Positions 28,560 through 37,840 of a stretch of 64,000 nucleotides of DNA are shown piece by piece (within the stretch, counting starts at the first letter, position 1; each line of letters starts with the position of its first letter). The notes under the pieces are model-generated. The model searched no databases and had not been told where the DNA came from. It worked only from the letters and a program-made list of their open reading frames with translations. Position numbers and translations under genes: made by a program. Origin of the DNA: Candidatus Latescibacterota bacterium (GTDB lineage: Bacteria; Latescibacterota; UBA2968; UBA8231); contig CBDFJF010000002.1 in assembly GCA_965248265.1 (NCBI GenBank), positions 1,472,001 to 1,536,000 on the forward strand, given 5' to 3'.

Positions 28560-30689
28560 TCACGGATGGCTCAGCTTCACCGCCCGCAGCTTGTTGTTCC
28601 AGTGGTCGCTGATCAGCAGGATGTCCTCACCATAGAGGCGAAGGGAGTAGGGATAGTTGAGGGTGGCATTGGTAGCCGGGCCACCGTCTCCGGAATCGCC
28701 GCCGTCATCGCTACCGGCGATGGTGCGCAACAAGCCATCGGGACCAACACAACGTACCTGGAAATTCTCCGTATCGGAGACGTAGATGATGCTGCCGTCT
28801 GGTGAAATCTCGACGCCATGTGGGGTGCCCAGGCTGGCTTGCAGCGCAGGCGTGCCGTCCGGAGAATGTCCTTCACCATCACCGGAGCCGATGACTGTGG
28901 TGATGATTCCTGATTCTGCATCGACACGCCGGACCACGTTATGGCCGATATCGCAGAAATACAGATTGCCAGACGTGTCGAAGCGGACGGACATAGGTCT
29001 GCCGATACGGGCCTGAACCGCCGGTCCCCCATCTCCGGTACGGCCATCGAGACCGTTGCCGGCGGCGGTGGTGATGATACCAGTTGTCGCATTCACCTTG
29101 CGGATACGGTGGGCGGAGGCGTCGGCGATGTAGAGATCGCCGTTGGGGGCGTGCTCGACGCCGGCGGGGTATATCAAATTGGCGCTGATTGAAGGACCAC
29201 CGTCACCCTTGTCCCACGGAAAGGCAGCCCCGGCAACGTTGTGGATCACTCCATCGGCATCGACGCGGCGCACATGGCCGTGGCGAGTGTCGGCGATGAT
29301 GAGGGTGCCATCCGGGCTCACCGAGACATCACCGGGATTGCCGAGAAAGGCTTCGGTGGCTTGCCCCCCGTCACCGCCATAGGCGCGCGCGCCCTCGCCG
29401 GCGACCGTGCGGATGACGCCGGTCTCAGCGTCGATGGCGCGAATCCGCTGGTTCCAGGAGTCGGCGAAGTAGATGTCACCGTTGGCGGCGATGGAAATAC
29501 CGTAGGGCCCGCGCAGGAATGCACTGGTCGCGGGCTCCCCGTCGTGAATGGTAGTCCCGCCCAGTGCGGTGGTAACGATTCCGGTCTTGCCGTCATAACG
29601 ACGCAGGCGTCCGGAAGAGTCGCCCCAGAACACGGTACCGTCCGGATCGGCCCATATTCCCGCCTCGATGGAATTGATGCGGCTCTCGGGACCAGGCAAG
29701 CCCTCATCGCCCCAGCCGGCCTGGCCATTGCCGGCCAGCGTGGACACCCGCCCCGTCTTGCCGTCCAGCTTGCGCAGCCGGAAGCCGTACTTTTCACCGA
29801 CGTAGAGGTTGTCATCCGGATCGAAGCAGAGGGCGTCAGGCATCAGGATGGCGGCCTCGGTACCGAGCTCACCGTCGCCGCTGGATGCCCGCTGACCATT
29901 GCCGAGAACGGTACTGATGATGCCCGTCTTCATGTCGATCTTGCGGATGCGGTCGTTGGAATTGTCGCAGATGAAGAGGTCGCCGTGTGAGTCGAAGGCC
30001 AGATGCTCGGGATGATGAAGGCCGGCATGTTCCTTCGGCCCGCCATCGCCCGAGTACCCACCCAGGTTCAGCCAGGGACCGGAGAACGGCCTGCTGCTTC
30101 CACGCTCGAGATCGTGATGCCGCTGCTCGATACCGGCGAAGATGTCGATGATGCTGGTCTTGGCGTCCACCCGGCGCACCACGTTCGACCACTCGCAGCA
30201 GATGAAGATGTTTCCGTCATCATCGACGGCAATGCCGGAATCATTGTCGAGCTCGCATTCCAGTGCGGGGCCGCCGTTGCCGCCCCAACCAGCCTTTCCG
30301 CAACCGATTACAGGCGTCACGACGCCGGTTCCTGCATCGATGCGGCGTACGACACGGGTACGCATTTCGGTCAGGTAGAGATTGTCATCCTTGTCCTTGT
30401 TGAGGTCGTGGGGATGATTGAAGCGCGCCTTGGATGCAGGACCGTCGTTACCGCTATACCCGGGTACCCCGTCACCGCCAAAGGTGTGGAGGATGCCGTC
30501 GGGGTCGATACGCCAGATGCGGTGTGCCCACATGTCGACGATAATGAGGTCGCCGCTGGCGATGCGGACAACACCCTGGGGCGCGCCTGCGGGCGCGTCG
30601 CGAGCTGGGATGCCTTCGAGGTAGCCGACGCCGGCGATGGTGGTGATGGCTCCGGGTTCGAGGTCGGCGAGCTGCTTCTTGAGACTCAT
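28560..30689 (-). CDS. NHL-repeat beta-propeller protein
   Basis: About 12 repeats of I.T.AG.G..G..GDGGPA..A.L..P..V...G.LYI.D..N.RIR. Start at ATG 30689 overlapping the upstream stop. Confidence 0.88.
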   Translation of the reverse strand: MSLKKQLADLEPGAITTIAGVGYLEGIPARDAPAGAPQGVVRIASGDLIIVDMWAHRIWRIDPDGILHTFGGDGVPGYSGNDGPASKARFNHPHDLNKDKDDNLYLTEMRTRVVRRIDAGTGVVTPVIGCGKAGWGGNGGPALECELDNDSGIAVDDDGNIFICCEWSNVVRRVDAKTSIIDIFAGIEQRHHDLERGSSRPFSGPWLNLGGYSGDGGPKEHAGLHHPEHLAFDSHGDLFICDNSNDRIRKIDMKTGIISTVLGNGQRASSGDGELGTEAAILMPDALCFDPDDNLYVGEKYGFRLRKLDGKTGRVSTLAGNGQAGWGDEGLPGPESRINSIEAGIWADPDGTVFWGDSSGRLRRYDGKTGIVTTALGGTTIHDGEPATSAFLRGPYGISIAANGDIYFADSWNQRIRAIDAETGVIRTVAGEGARAYGGDGGQATEAFLGNPGDVSVSPDGTLIIADTRHGHVRRVDADGVIHNVAGAAFPWDKGDGGPSISANLIYPAGVEHAPNGDLYIADASAHRIRKVNATTGIITTAAGNGLDGRTGDGGPAVQARIGRPMSVRFDTSGNLYFCDIGHNVVRRVDAESGIITTVIGSGDGEGHSPDGTPALQASLGTPHGVEISPDGSIIYVSDTENFQVRCVGPDGLLRTIAGSDDGGDSGDGGPATNATLNYPYSLRLYGEDILLISDHWNNKLRAVKLSHP

Positions 30690-30860
30690 TTGGTTGGCTC
30701 TCCTTCCGTCACTGCGCTGGCGATCAGCCAATTGCCGTCACGACCGCACGCGGCGTAATACATCCGGTAGCGACCATCGTCGGTCTCGGTCACGGACATG
30801 TCCTCGGCATGAACACCCTCAATGTCGTCGGATTCGTAGCCGGAACCGTGATCCAACTCA
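30686..30860 (-). pseudogene. 3' remnant of a beta-propeller (glycoside-hydrolase-like) gene
   Basis: HAEDMSVTETDDGRYRMYYAACGRDGNWLIASAV resembles the final blade of a five-bladed propeller. Its stop overlaps the NHL start and no plausible 5' part is present. Confidence 0.55.
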
Positions 30861-31016
30861 TTGAGGATACTCCTTGATTGGCTCCGGGCAGAGGCCCCCG
30901 CCATACCGGCAGCACAGCTGCTGGTGATTGAGGGGCAAAAACGCTCGCGCCGTTGCCCGTGTTGATGCAAATTAGTGACATCAAGCCACGCCTGACACGA
31001 GCAGGGGGAGGCGATT

Positions 31017-31382
31017 TTGGTTGAAGATACCCAGACCGTCCTTATCGTCGATGACGACCATGTTATTCTCGATTTCCTCGAGGATGTACTGCAAAGGTCG
31101 TACACCGTGATTCGCGCCGACAATGGCAGGGCCGCGGTGGACGTCTTTCGCGCCGTTGATCACATCGACCTCGTCCTGCTCGATCTCGCCATGCCCGAGA
31201 TGTCCGGTTACGAAGCCCTGGCCGAATTCCAGATCGTCGAACCCGACGTCAAGGTTGTCGTGATCACGGGAATGAGTCCCGAGCACGATCAACTACCGGG
31301 AATTCTCGGGGTTCTGACCAAACCTTTCCAGGCCGAGCAGATTACCTCCGTTGTCGAGGATGTTCTGGCGGCCTATTCCTGA
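31017..31382 (+). CDS. Single-domain response regulator (REC)
   Basis: VLIVDDD, DLVLLDLAMPEMSG, VVITG, LTKPF. Confidence 0.88.
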   Translation: MVEDTQTVLIVDDDHVILDFLEDVLQRSYTVIRADNGRAAVDVFRAVDHIDLVLLDLAMPEMSGYEALAEFQIVEPDVKVVVITGMSPEHDQLPGILGVLTKPFQAEQITSVVEDVLAAYS

Positions 31383-32566
31383 GCCGGCGGCCATGGATCC
31401 AGGCACGCCCCGGTCGGACGCGGCTCGGTCGTGCGCCAGGGCAGTTGTTCGCAGGTACTGTAGGTTACGTCCAACCAATCGGTCTCAATGCGCCGGTGTC
31501 CCTCGTGTCGCGAAGTAAGGGCCGCCTCGAGCACGCCGCTCGTCAACAGGGTGCGCTCCACGGGATAGCTGGGTTTTCCAGTGAGAAACATCTCTTCAAT
31601 GTTTAAGCCCAGATAGCTGAAGTGGGCGTGGGGTCCCCGCTGCCCTCCGTGACTCTGGCAGTAAAACTCGGTCGCGCGGATGTCGCCTCTCCCACTGCGG
31701 CAGGCGTAGCCCAACCCCGTCACGTAGCCGTTCAGCATCAGTGCCGATCCCTTGAGTCCATCACGGTATTCTACGACAAACAAAGCCGGGTTTTCACAAT
31801 GCTCCTCCATGGAGCCGTCCTCCTTGTCGACGATGACATCACAGGCTGCCTCGCCGAGTTCTCGCGACCAGAGCCCTTCGTCGGCGGCACGCCAGACGTC
31901 GTCACCTTCCAGGCAGGTCACTGCTCGCACTCCAGTCTCGTTGCCGAGACGGCGCTCCACCATGCACTGCAGCGTTTCCAGGGTGTGGAACCCGTAGATG
32001 TCCAGTCCCGAAAAGCCGACGGCGAGGGCCTCGGAGATCTCTTCGCCCATGTCGTGCTCAAACCAGGGAGACCGCCAGGTCACTGGCAGAGACGAGCCGG
32101 CCATGAAAGGGGCCTGAAGCGAGCTCGCGCGGTCGCACATCCACTTTGCGTCATGCCAGTTGTAGGAGAGGTGCTTGTCGTTGAACACCGGGACGCCCCG
32201 GCCACTGGTCGCCATCACACCGCATATCTGTTCCATGAAATAGCGCCGCGGAAACAAATGTTGCTCCTTCTCGTTCCAGGCGTAATCGCCGTGCTCGCCG
32301 ATTAGGAGAACACCATCAACATCCAGGTCGGCTCCACCGCGCTTCAAGGCGTGGGGGATGCTGTGGTAGATGGGGATGTCGTGCTCGGCAGCGAACTGGC
32401 GGCCGATATCGGTTTCGGGAAATTGATCGATGTAGAGAGAAACGATCTCCACGCGGGGCGTGCGGAAGCCCTCATCGGTGGGAAAACCCATCACGAACTT
32501 CGGGACCAGGACATCGGCGTGGGAGCCGCGGAAGAAAACCGTGATGATGGCGGCGATCCTTTTCAC
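31373..32566 (-). CDS. Conserved hypothetical protein, possibly a divergent Gfo/Idh/MocA-like oxidoreductase
   Basis: Long ORF coupled to the upstream gene; VDGVLLIGEHG, VFNDKHL, FMAGSS, YGFH.LE, YPVERTLLTSG. Confidence 0.65.
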   Translation of the reverse strand: MKRIAAIITVFFRGSHADVLVPKFVMGFPTDEGFRTPRVEIVSLYIDQFPETDIGRQFAAEHDIPIYHSIPHALKRGGADLDVDGVLLIGEHGDYAWNEKEQHLFPRRYFMEQICGVMATSGRGVPVFNDKHLSYNWHDAKWMCDRASSLQAPFMAGSSLPVTWRSPWFEHDMGEEISEALAVGFSGLDIYGFHTLETLQCMVERRLGNETGVRAVTCLEGDDVWRAADEGLWSRELGEAACDVIVDKEDGSMEEHCENPALFVVEYRDGLKGSALMLNGYVTGLGYACRSGRGDIRATEFYCQSHGGQRGPHAHFSYLGLNIEEMFLTGKPSYPVERTLLTSGVLEAALTSRHEGHRRIETDWLDVTYSTCEQLPWRTTEPRPTGACLDPWPPAQE

Positions 32567-33774
32567 TCCGACACCTGCGCTCTCAGCGCCTCACCCAACG
32601 CCGTGGCTGAGCTGTCGTCCAGATGCAGCGGATTGACTGACAGCTGGCCCTGGCTGAGCAGACCGTGTCCCAGATATACCGGGGGAGTGCCGTTGCGCAG
32701 GTTGCGGCAGATTTCCAGGGCACTCTTGCCCGCTTTTTTTTCGTCCACCGCAACGATCAGCAGTGGCAGCTTGGCCTTCAGCGGATCCTCATTGATCTCA
32801 CATTCGACGGCGCGGTGGTCGAGTATGGTAGCGATGGAACGCAGTAAATCCATTGAGATGTCATACTGGCCGTCGTAGGCCCCGTCGTTGAAAAGACGCA
32901 GAGCGGTCAACAGCGCCACGATCTCCTCCTTCGATACCTTGAATCCACGCCCGATACCATGGCGCGGCAGGCCGGAGAGCTTTGACTTGTCAATCAGATT
33001 CGGCGGCGGATCCCAGAGTTCCCAATGGTCGTCCATATCCAGCATCTGCAAAGCGGCGGCACCTACGAGGTCACCCCTGCCACAGAGAATGCCGGTGGAT
33101 TGACTGCTGCGAATCGACTTGCCACCGCTGAAGGCGACGAGGTCGGCGCCCGTTGCCGCGATGGCCTGCAGGTTGGATCGCGGCAACAGCTCCCCAGCAG
33201 CGTCCACGAGTACGGGCAGTCCGTGGCGATGGGCGACATGGACCACCTCGCTCAGAGCCGGAGCGGACTCTCTGCCAAACACATAGTGCACGCCGGCCGT
33301 GTTGGGCCCGATAGCGGCCTCGTACTCCCAGGCTTCGGTGCGGCGCACTCCGGCATTGGCGACAATTTCATTCATGCCAACCTCGACAAAGCGAGCGCCG
33401 GCAGCGCGCACCGCGTGGTCGTAGCCGTTGCGCTGCTCCCGCGAGATGATGAACTCGTCAGCCATGCCGTCGGCCCCATCGTCAGTCTGGGGCAGCCGTT
33501 CCATTTTGCCAATGTCGAGCCCGGTGAGTATGGCCGCAGCGCCCAGGGTCAGGGAGGCGGCGGCGCCTGCGGTGACCATAGCCGACTCCGTCCCGGTTAA
33601 TTCGCTGATGATGGAGCAAGCCTTTCCCTGCAACTGCTCGAGCGGCACGCACTCGGCGGCAGCGGCGGCGTAGGCGTCGAGCACGGCTTGCGGCATCGGC
33701 GCCCCGCCCAGGCGGGTCACGGCTCCTGAAGCGTTTATGATCGGGGAGAGTCCAAGATCCGCGTAGATGCTCAT
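32563..33774 (-). CDS. SelA-related PLP-dependent enzyme (DgaE-like)
   Basis: IINASG..TRLGG, VLVDAAGE, GADLVAFSGGK (PLP Lys), IGRGFKVSKEEIV. Start at ATG 33774. Confidence 0.85.
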   Translation of the reverse strand: MSIYADLGLSPIINASGAVTRLGGAPMPQAVLDAYAAAAAECVPLEQLQGKACSIISELTGTESAMVTAGAAASLTLGAAAILTGLDIGKMERLPQTDDGADGMADEFIISREQRNGYDHAVRAAGARFVEVGMNEIVANAGVRRTEAWEYEAAIGPNTAGVHYVFGRESAPALSEVVHVAHRHGLPVLVDAAGELLPRSNLQAIAATGADLVAFSGGKSIRSSQSTGILCGRGDLVGAAALQMLDMDDHWELWDPPPNLIDKSKLSGLPRHGIGRGFKVSKEEIVALLTALRLFNDGAYDGQYDISMDLLRSIATILDHRAVECEINEDPLKAKLPLLIVAVDEKKAGKSALEICRNLRNGTPPVYLGHGLLSQGQLSVNPLHLDDSSATALGEALRAQVSE

Positions 33775-33851
33775 TCCGGGAAGGCTCCTTTGACTGCACC
33801 CGTTGACAACTGGGGCTGTGACACTGATTGATCGATGACGACGGAGTGAAA

Positions 33852-34631
33852 TCATCCGCCTGCCGCAAGCAGGCCACCGTCCACGGGCAGAGAGACTCCG
33901 GTTATGCACCCGGCGGCTGGTGAACACAGGAAGGCAACCGCCCGGCCGATGTCCTCCGGGGTGCCGCGCCGGCGCAGAGGCACCTTTTCCGCGAGCTTGC
34001 CTTCTATATCGCCGATCCTGGGAGGAGGTGTATCGAACACGTGTTTGGTGTTCATGTGGCCGGGCAAAACGGCGTTACACCGTATGCCATGCTCGCCCAG
34101 ATCGTTGGCCATACTCTCCGTCATGCGCAGGATGCCGGCCTTTGCCGTACCGTAGGCCGTGTCACCCGTCCATACCCGCCGGCCATGTACGGAGGAGGTG
34201 CTGACGATGCTGCCGCCATCGCCTTGAGCCACCATGGCGCGGGCTGCCTGCTGGCTGCACAGGAAGAATCCCTTGAGGCCGATGTCCAGGTTGAGGTCCC
34301 AGTTCTCTTCCGTAAGCTCCAAGAAATTCTGTCCGGTGCCGCCGTAGGGATTGTTGGCCAGAATGTCGATTTGACCGAAGCGCTCCAAGAAGGCTGCAAA
34401 CATCTGTTCGACCTGCGCGCTATCCGAGATGTCACCGGGAAAAAACTCGGCCTCCTTGCCCATGTCGCGGATCAGTCCAAGGGTCTGTTCTGCGTCTGCA
34501 TCCAGTTCCAGATCATTGATACCGACGTCACAGCCGTCTTCGGCCAGGGCCAGAGCAATGCCTCGGCCGATGTTGCGTTTGCCGCCGGTGACGAAGGCTT
34601 TCTTGCCCGCGAGCGAATGTGCGTTGGACAT
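33852..34631 (-). CDS. Short-chain dehydrogenase/reductase
   Basis: VTGGKRNIGRGIA, YGTAK (YxxxK), NAVLPG, G..LPVDGG. Confidence 0.92.
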   Translation of the reverse strand: MSNAHSLAGKKAFVTGGKRNIGRGIALALAEDGCDVGINDLELDADAEQTLGLIRDMGKEAEFFPGDISDSAQVEQMFAAFLERFGQIDILANNPYGGTGQNFLELTEENWDLNLDIGLKGFFLCSQQAARAMVAQGDGGSIVSTSSVHGRRVWTGDTAYGTAKAGILRMTESMANDLGEHGIRCNAVLPGHMNTKHVFDTPPPRIGDIEGKLAEKVPLRRRGTPEDIGRAVAFLCSPAAGCITGVSLPVDGGLLAAGG

Positions 34632-34939
34632 ATCAGTTTTCCTTTGTCTGTTGAGGTGTCTTCGCCGATGATACTGGGGCAGTCGCACATCAGCCACAGT
34701 GCACAATCAGAGGTACATAAGCAGAGTACACAAGGGCTAATCGCCGGAATGGTCAAGCGAGCCGGCTGTCACGCCGGTGTATCGTGGCCGGCCATGGCAG
34801 CAGTCGAAGCGGTCCAGGGCGGTCAGACACTGATGCGGCAGGGGCCAGGTTGAGGACTGGCTTTAGGGATAATAGAGCCTACCGATTGTCGTGGTGGAGT
34901 GGTAGGTGTGGGCAGGATGCCTCGACTATATTGTCCACC

Positions 34940-35797
34940 ATGCCATTGACAGTGAATCGTCTGAGTCCCGCACTCGGGGCCGAGATCACCGGTCTGGACG
35001 TCACCGCGCCGATGAGCGACGAGGTCTTTGCCGAGATACGCAAGGCTTTGTGCGACAACGATGGCGTGCTGGTTCTGCGCGATCAGCATCTCACGCCAGA
35101 TCAGCACATCGCCTTCAGTCGCCGCTTCGGTGAGCTGTTCGGGGATCGGGAGCAGCTGCAGGATTCGGTGACCAAGTATCTGTTGCCGGGCTACCCGCAG
35201 ATCTTCCGGGCATCAAACAAGATCGTCGATGGTCAGCAGCAGGGCCGCTCACGGGCAGGCAACTACTGGCATTCGGACGTGTCGTTCAGGCCGCGTTCGG
35301 CCATGGTGTCGTTGCTGTACGCGATCGAGATTCCGCCCAGTGGTGGGGACACTCTGTTCGCGAACATGTACAGGGCCTACGAGGGGCTTTCGCCGTCGAT
35401 GCAGCAGTTTCTCGGTGGATTGCGGGCTCGGCACGACTTTGCCGTCAACACCAACATCGGTTTCGCGCACGAGACGATAGAGCAGCAGGACCTGGAAGGT
35501 GCCAACACCTGCGTTCATCCAGTGGTGCGGACCCATGATGAATCAGGTCGCAAGTGTCTCTTCGTCAACCCGGGCAATACCGCACAGATCAAAGGCTTGA
35601 ACCCTGGAGAGAGCATGGCGTTGCTTGAGTTCCTCTACGAACACAGCGTTCAACCAGAGTTCATCTACCGGCACCAGTGGGTGGCGCGGGATTTAATGAT
35701 CTGGGACAATCGCTGCACCATGCACTACGCGGTCGTCGACTACGAAGGTGATCGCTACATGCACCGGACAACTGTCATCGGCGAACGACCCGTCTAA
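34940..35797 (+). CDS. TauD/TfdA family dioxygenase
   Basis: LGAEITG.D, WHSD, GGDTLF, HPVVRTH..SGRK.LFVN, WDNRCTMH, R.MHR. Confidence 0.92.
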   Translation: MPLTVNRLSPALGAEITGLDVTAPMSDEVFAEIRKALCDNDGVLVLRDQHLTPDQHIAFSRRFGELFGDREQLQDSVTKYLLPGYPQIFRASNKIVDGQQQGRSRAGNYWHSDVSFRPRSAMVSLLYAIEIPPSGGDTLFANMYRAYEGLSPSMQQFLGGLRARHDFAVNTNIGFAHETIEQQDLEGANTCVHPVVRTHDESGRKCLFVNPGNTAQIKGLNPGESMALLEFLYEHSVQPEFIYRHQWVARDLMIWDNRCTMHYAVVDYEGDRYMHRTTVIGERPV

Positions 35798-35805
35798 GGG
35801 CTGGC

Positions 35806-37485
35806 TCAGGTCTTCAGCGCTTGAGCTCTGAGCTCTGACAGTGTCGTCGTCGGCAGTATCGCCTCCGGATCGATGACGAGTTCGATCAATGCCGGACCAT
35901 CCGAGGCGCGGGCGCGCTCGAAGGCGTGCGCGAAGTCGGCCGTTTTGGTCACCGTTTCCCCGTGGGCCCCATAGGCTCGCGCCAGCGCGGCGAAATCCGG
36001 GTTCACCAGGTTGGTTCCCGATACCCGCCCCGGATAATTGCGTTCCTGGTGCATGCGGATGGTCGCGTACATGCCGTTGGTGACGACGATGAAGATGACC
36101 CTGGCGTTTTCCTGCACCGCGGTGCCAATCTCCTGGCCGTTCATCTGAAAGCAGCCGTCGCCGTTGAAGGAAACGACGACCCGGTCCGGATGACGGATGG
36201 CGGCCGCGACGCCGGCCGGCACACTGTACCCCATGGCCCCAGACTGAGGTCCGAGCTGAGTACCATACTGCTTGTGGCAGAAAAATCTGTGTACCCAGAC
36301 GGAGTAATTGCCGGCGCCGTTGGTGATGATGGCATCCTCCGGCAGGTTGTCACTGAGCCAGGCGACAATCTCAGCGTAGTTGACGTCGCCCGGCATGGAC
36401 TTCGGCGTCGAAAACGCGAGGTAGTCGGCATGGGCGGTTTCGGTTTCCGCTCTCCACGACGGCGTCACCGGCTCCATGGTCCGCGCGGCCGCACAGAACT
36501 CGGCCATGCCAGAGTTTATCCCCAGATCGAACTGGTGGACCTTACCGAGTTCGTCGACACCGGCGCTTATGTGGACGAGGCGCTGCTGCGGTTTGGGGAA
36601 GTCGAAGTAGGTGTAGCCACCTGAGACGATTTCTCCCAGCTGCGGGCCAATCACAATCAACAAGTCGGTGTCAGCGATGCGGGCTTTCAACTTGGGATCA
36701 ATGCCCAGCCCGACGACGCCGGCGTAGTTGGAATGGCGGTTGTCGAGCAGGTCCTGGCGGCGGAACGTCACCGCGACGGGCAGGTCGTTGGCCTCGGCGA
36801 AGGCTCTGAGGTCATCGCACGCGCTCGTCGACCAGCTGCATCCGCCTGCCAACACCAACGGCCGGCTCGCGGCCTCCAGCATATCCCGCAGCCTGCCCAT
36901 GTCGTGAGCACCGGGAGAAGCTTGTGTCGTCTGATAGGGTTGACCGTCATCGACGTCGGCGAGCTGGCTCTGCATATCCTCCGGGATGGCGAGGACGACC
37001 GGGCCGGGACGTCCGGAGGTGGCTACGTGAAAGGCGCGGCTGACCAGTTCCGGTATGCGCGCCGGGTCGTCGATCTGTGCTACCCACTTGGTCATCTGGC
37101 CGAACATCCGGCGGAAGTCTACCTCCTGGAAGGCCTCGCGCTCGATCATGTCGCGGGCAACCTGGCCGACGAACACGATAAGGGGGGTTGAATCCTGATG
37201 GGCAGTATGGATACCGATGGACGCGTTCGACGCGCCCGGGCCGCGAGTGACGAAGGCGATGCCCGGTTTGCCGGTCAGTTTGCCCCAGGCTTCGGCCATG
37301 TTGGTAACGCCGCCTTCCTGACGGCAGACGACCAGATGCAGGTTGTCGCTAACATCATAGAGTGCGTCGAGGGATCCCAGGAAGCTCTCGCCGGGAACGC
37401 AAAATGCGGTATCGACGCCATGCAAACGCAGGCAGTCGACGAGGATCTGTCCACCGGGACGAGAGGTCGATGAGTTATCAGGCAC
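35806..37485 (-). CDS. Thiamine-diphosphate-dependent enzyme (acetolactate synthase-like)
   Basis: VPGESF, CRQEGG, TRGPGASNA, GRPGPV, GAMGY, GDGCFQM...N ThDP motif. Confidence 0.9.
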   Translation of the reverse strand: MPDNSSTSRPGGQILVDCLRLHGVDTAFCVPGESFLGSLDALYDVSDNLHLVVCRQEGGVTNMAEAWGKLTGKPGIAFVTRGPGASNASIGIHTAHQDSTPLIVFVGQVARDMIEREAFQEVDFRRMFGQMTKWVAQIDDPARIPELVSRAFHVATSGRPGPVVLAIPEDMQSQLADVDDGQPYQTTQASPGAHDMGRLRDMLEAASRPLVLAGGCSWSTSACDDLRAFAEANDLPVAVTFRRQDLLDNRHSNYAGVVGLGIDPKLKARIADTDLLIVIGPQLGEIVSGGYTYFDFPKPQQRLVHISAGVDELGKVHQFDLGINSGMAEFCAAARTMEPVTPSWRAETETAHADYLAFSTPKSMPGDVNYAEIVAWLSDNLPEDAIITNGAGNYSVWVHRFFCHKQYGTQLGPQSGAMGYSVPAGVAAAIRHPDRVVVSFNGDGCFQMNGQEIGTAVQENARVIFIVVTNGMYATIRMHQERNYPGRVSGTNLVNPDFAALARAYGAHGETVTKTADFAHAFERARASDGPALIELVIDPEAILPTTTLSELRAQALKT

Positions 37486-37594
37486 TATGCTGTCTCAGTC
37501 AGAGGATATTTACGTAGCTGTTTCGATAGTATAGTTCATCGCCATGGCTGTCGAGGGGCACGGATCGAATCAATTCACCATCTTCTTCACCACA

Positions 37595-37840
37595 ATGAAA
37601 CCTGCCGACAAAGAGAGTACTCCCGAGAGTACTGCCGAGAGTACTGCCGAGAGCACTGCCCGAGCCAGTGTCAGTCTGTTATCCGGCAGCATGGAGGAAC
37701 GTCGCCGGATCCTGCGGGCCTTCGCCTGGACCAACGATCCGGTGGTTTCCGGTAGCGTCAGTCTCGCCATCTTGAACGACATCCTGTCCTTGCTCATCTA
37801 TTTCAGCATCGCCCTGTTCGCCCTCAGCCAATGGCGTTGA
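37595..37840 (+). pseudogene. Internally deleted MgtE-like magnesium transporter remnant
   Basis: C-terminus DPVVSGSVSLAILNDILSLLIYFSIA resembles the MgtE TM5 motif (DPA..S.P......D......YF..A). Only about 80 codons long; stop overlaps the MFS start. Confidence 0.55.
37613..37660 (+). repeat. 12-bp tandem repeat, four copies (GAGAGTACTGCC)
   Basis: gagagtactccc gagagtactgcc gagagtactgcc gagagcactgcc, encoding ESTP-ESTA-ESTA-ESTA. Confidence 0.9.

Noticed and set aside
28560-30689. Periodic DNA similarity suggesting a repeat array
   Set aside because: Explained by protein-level NHL repeats.
30860-31123. 5' part of the 145-aa minus-strand ORF as a real gene
   Set aside because: It overlaps the response regulator antisense and looks non-coding; only the 3' ~55 codons look protein-like.
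32563-33774. Selenocysteine synthase selA or a selenoprotein system
   Set aside because: The protein is short and DgaE-like, and no selB, selC or selD, or in-frame UGA with a SECIS, was seen.
37613-37660. Possible CRISPR array
   Set aside because: Contiguous 12-bp units with no spacers, and no cas genes.
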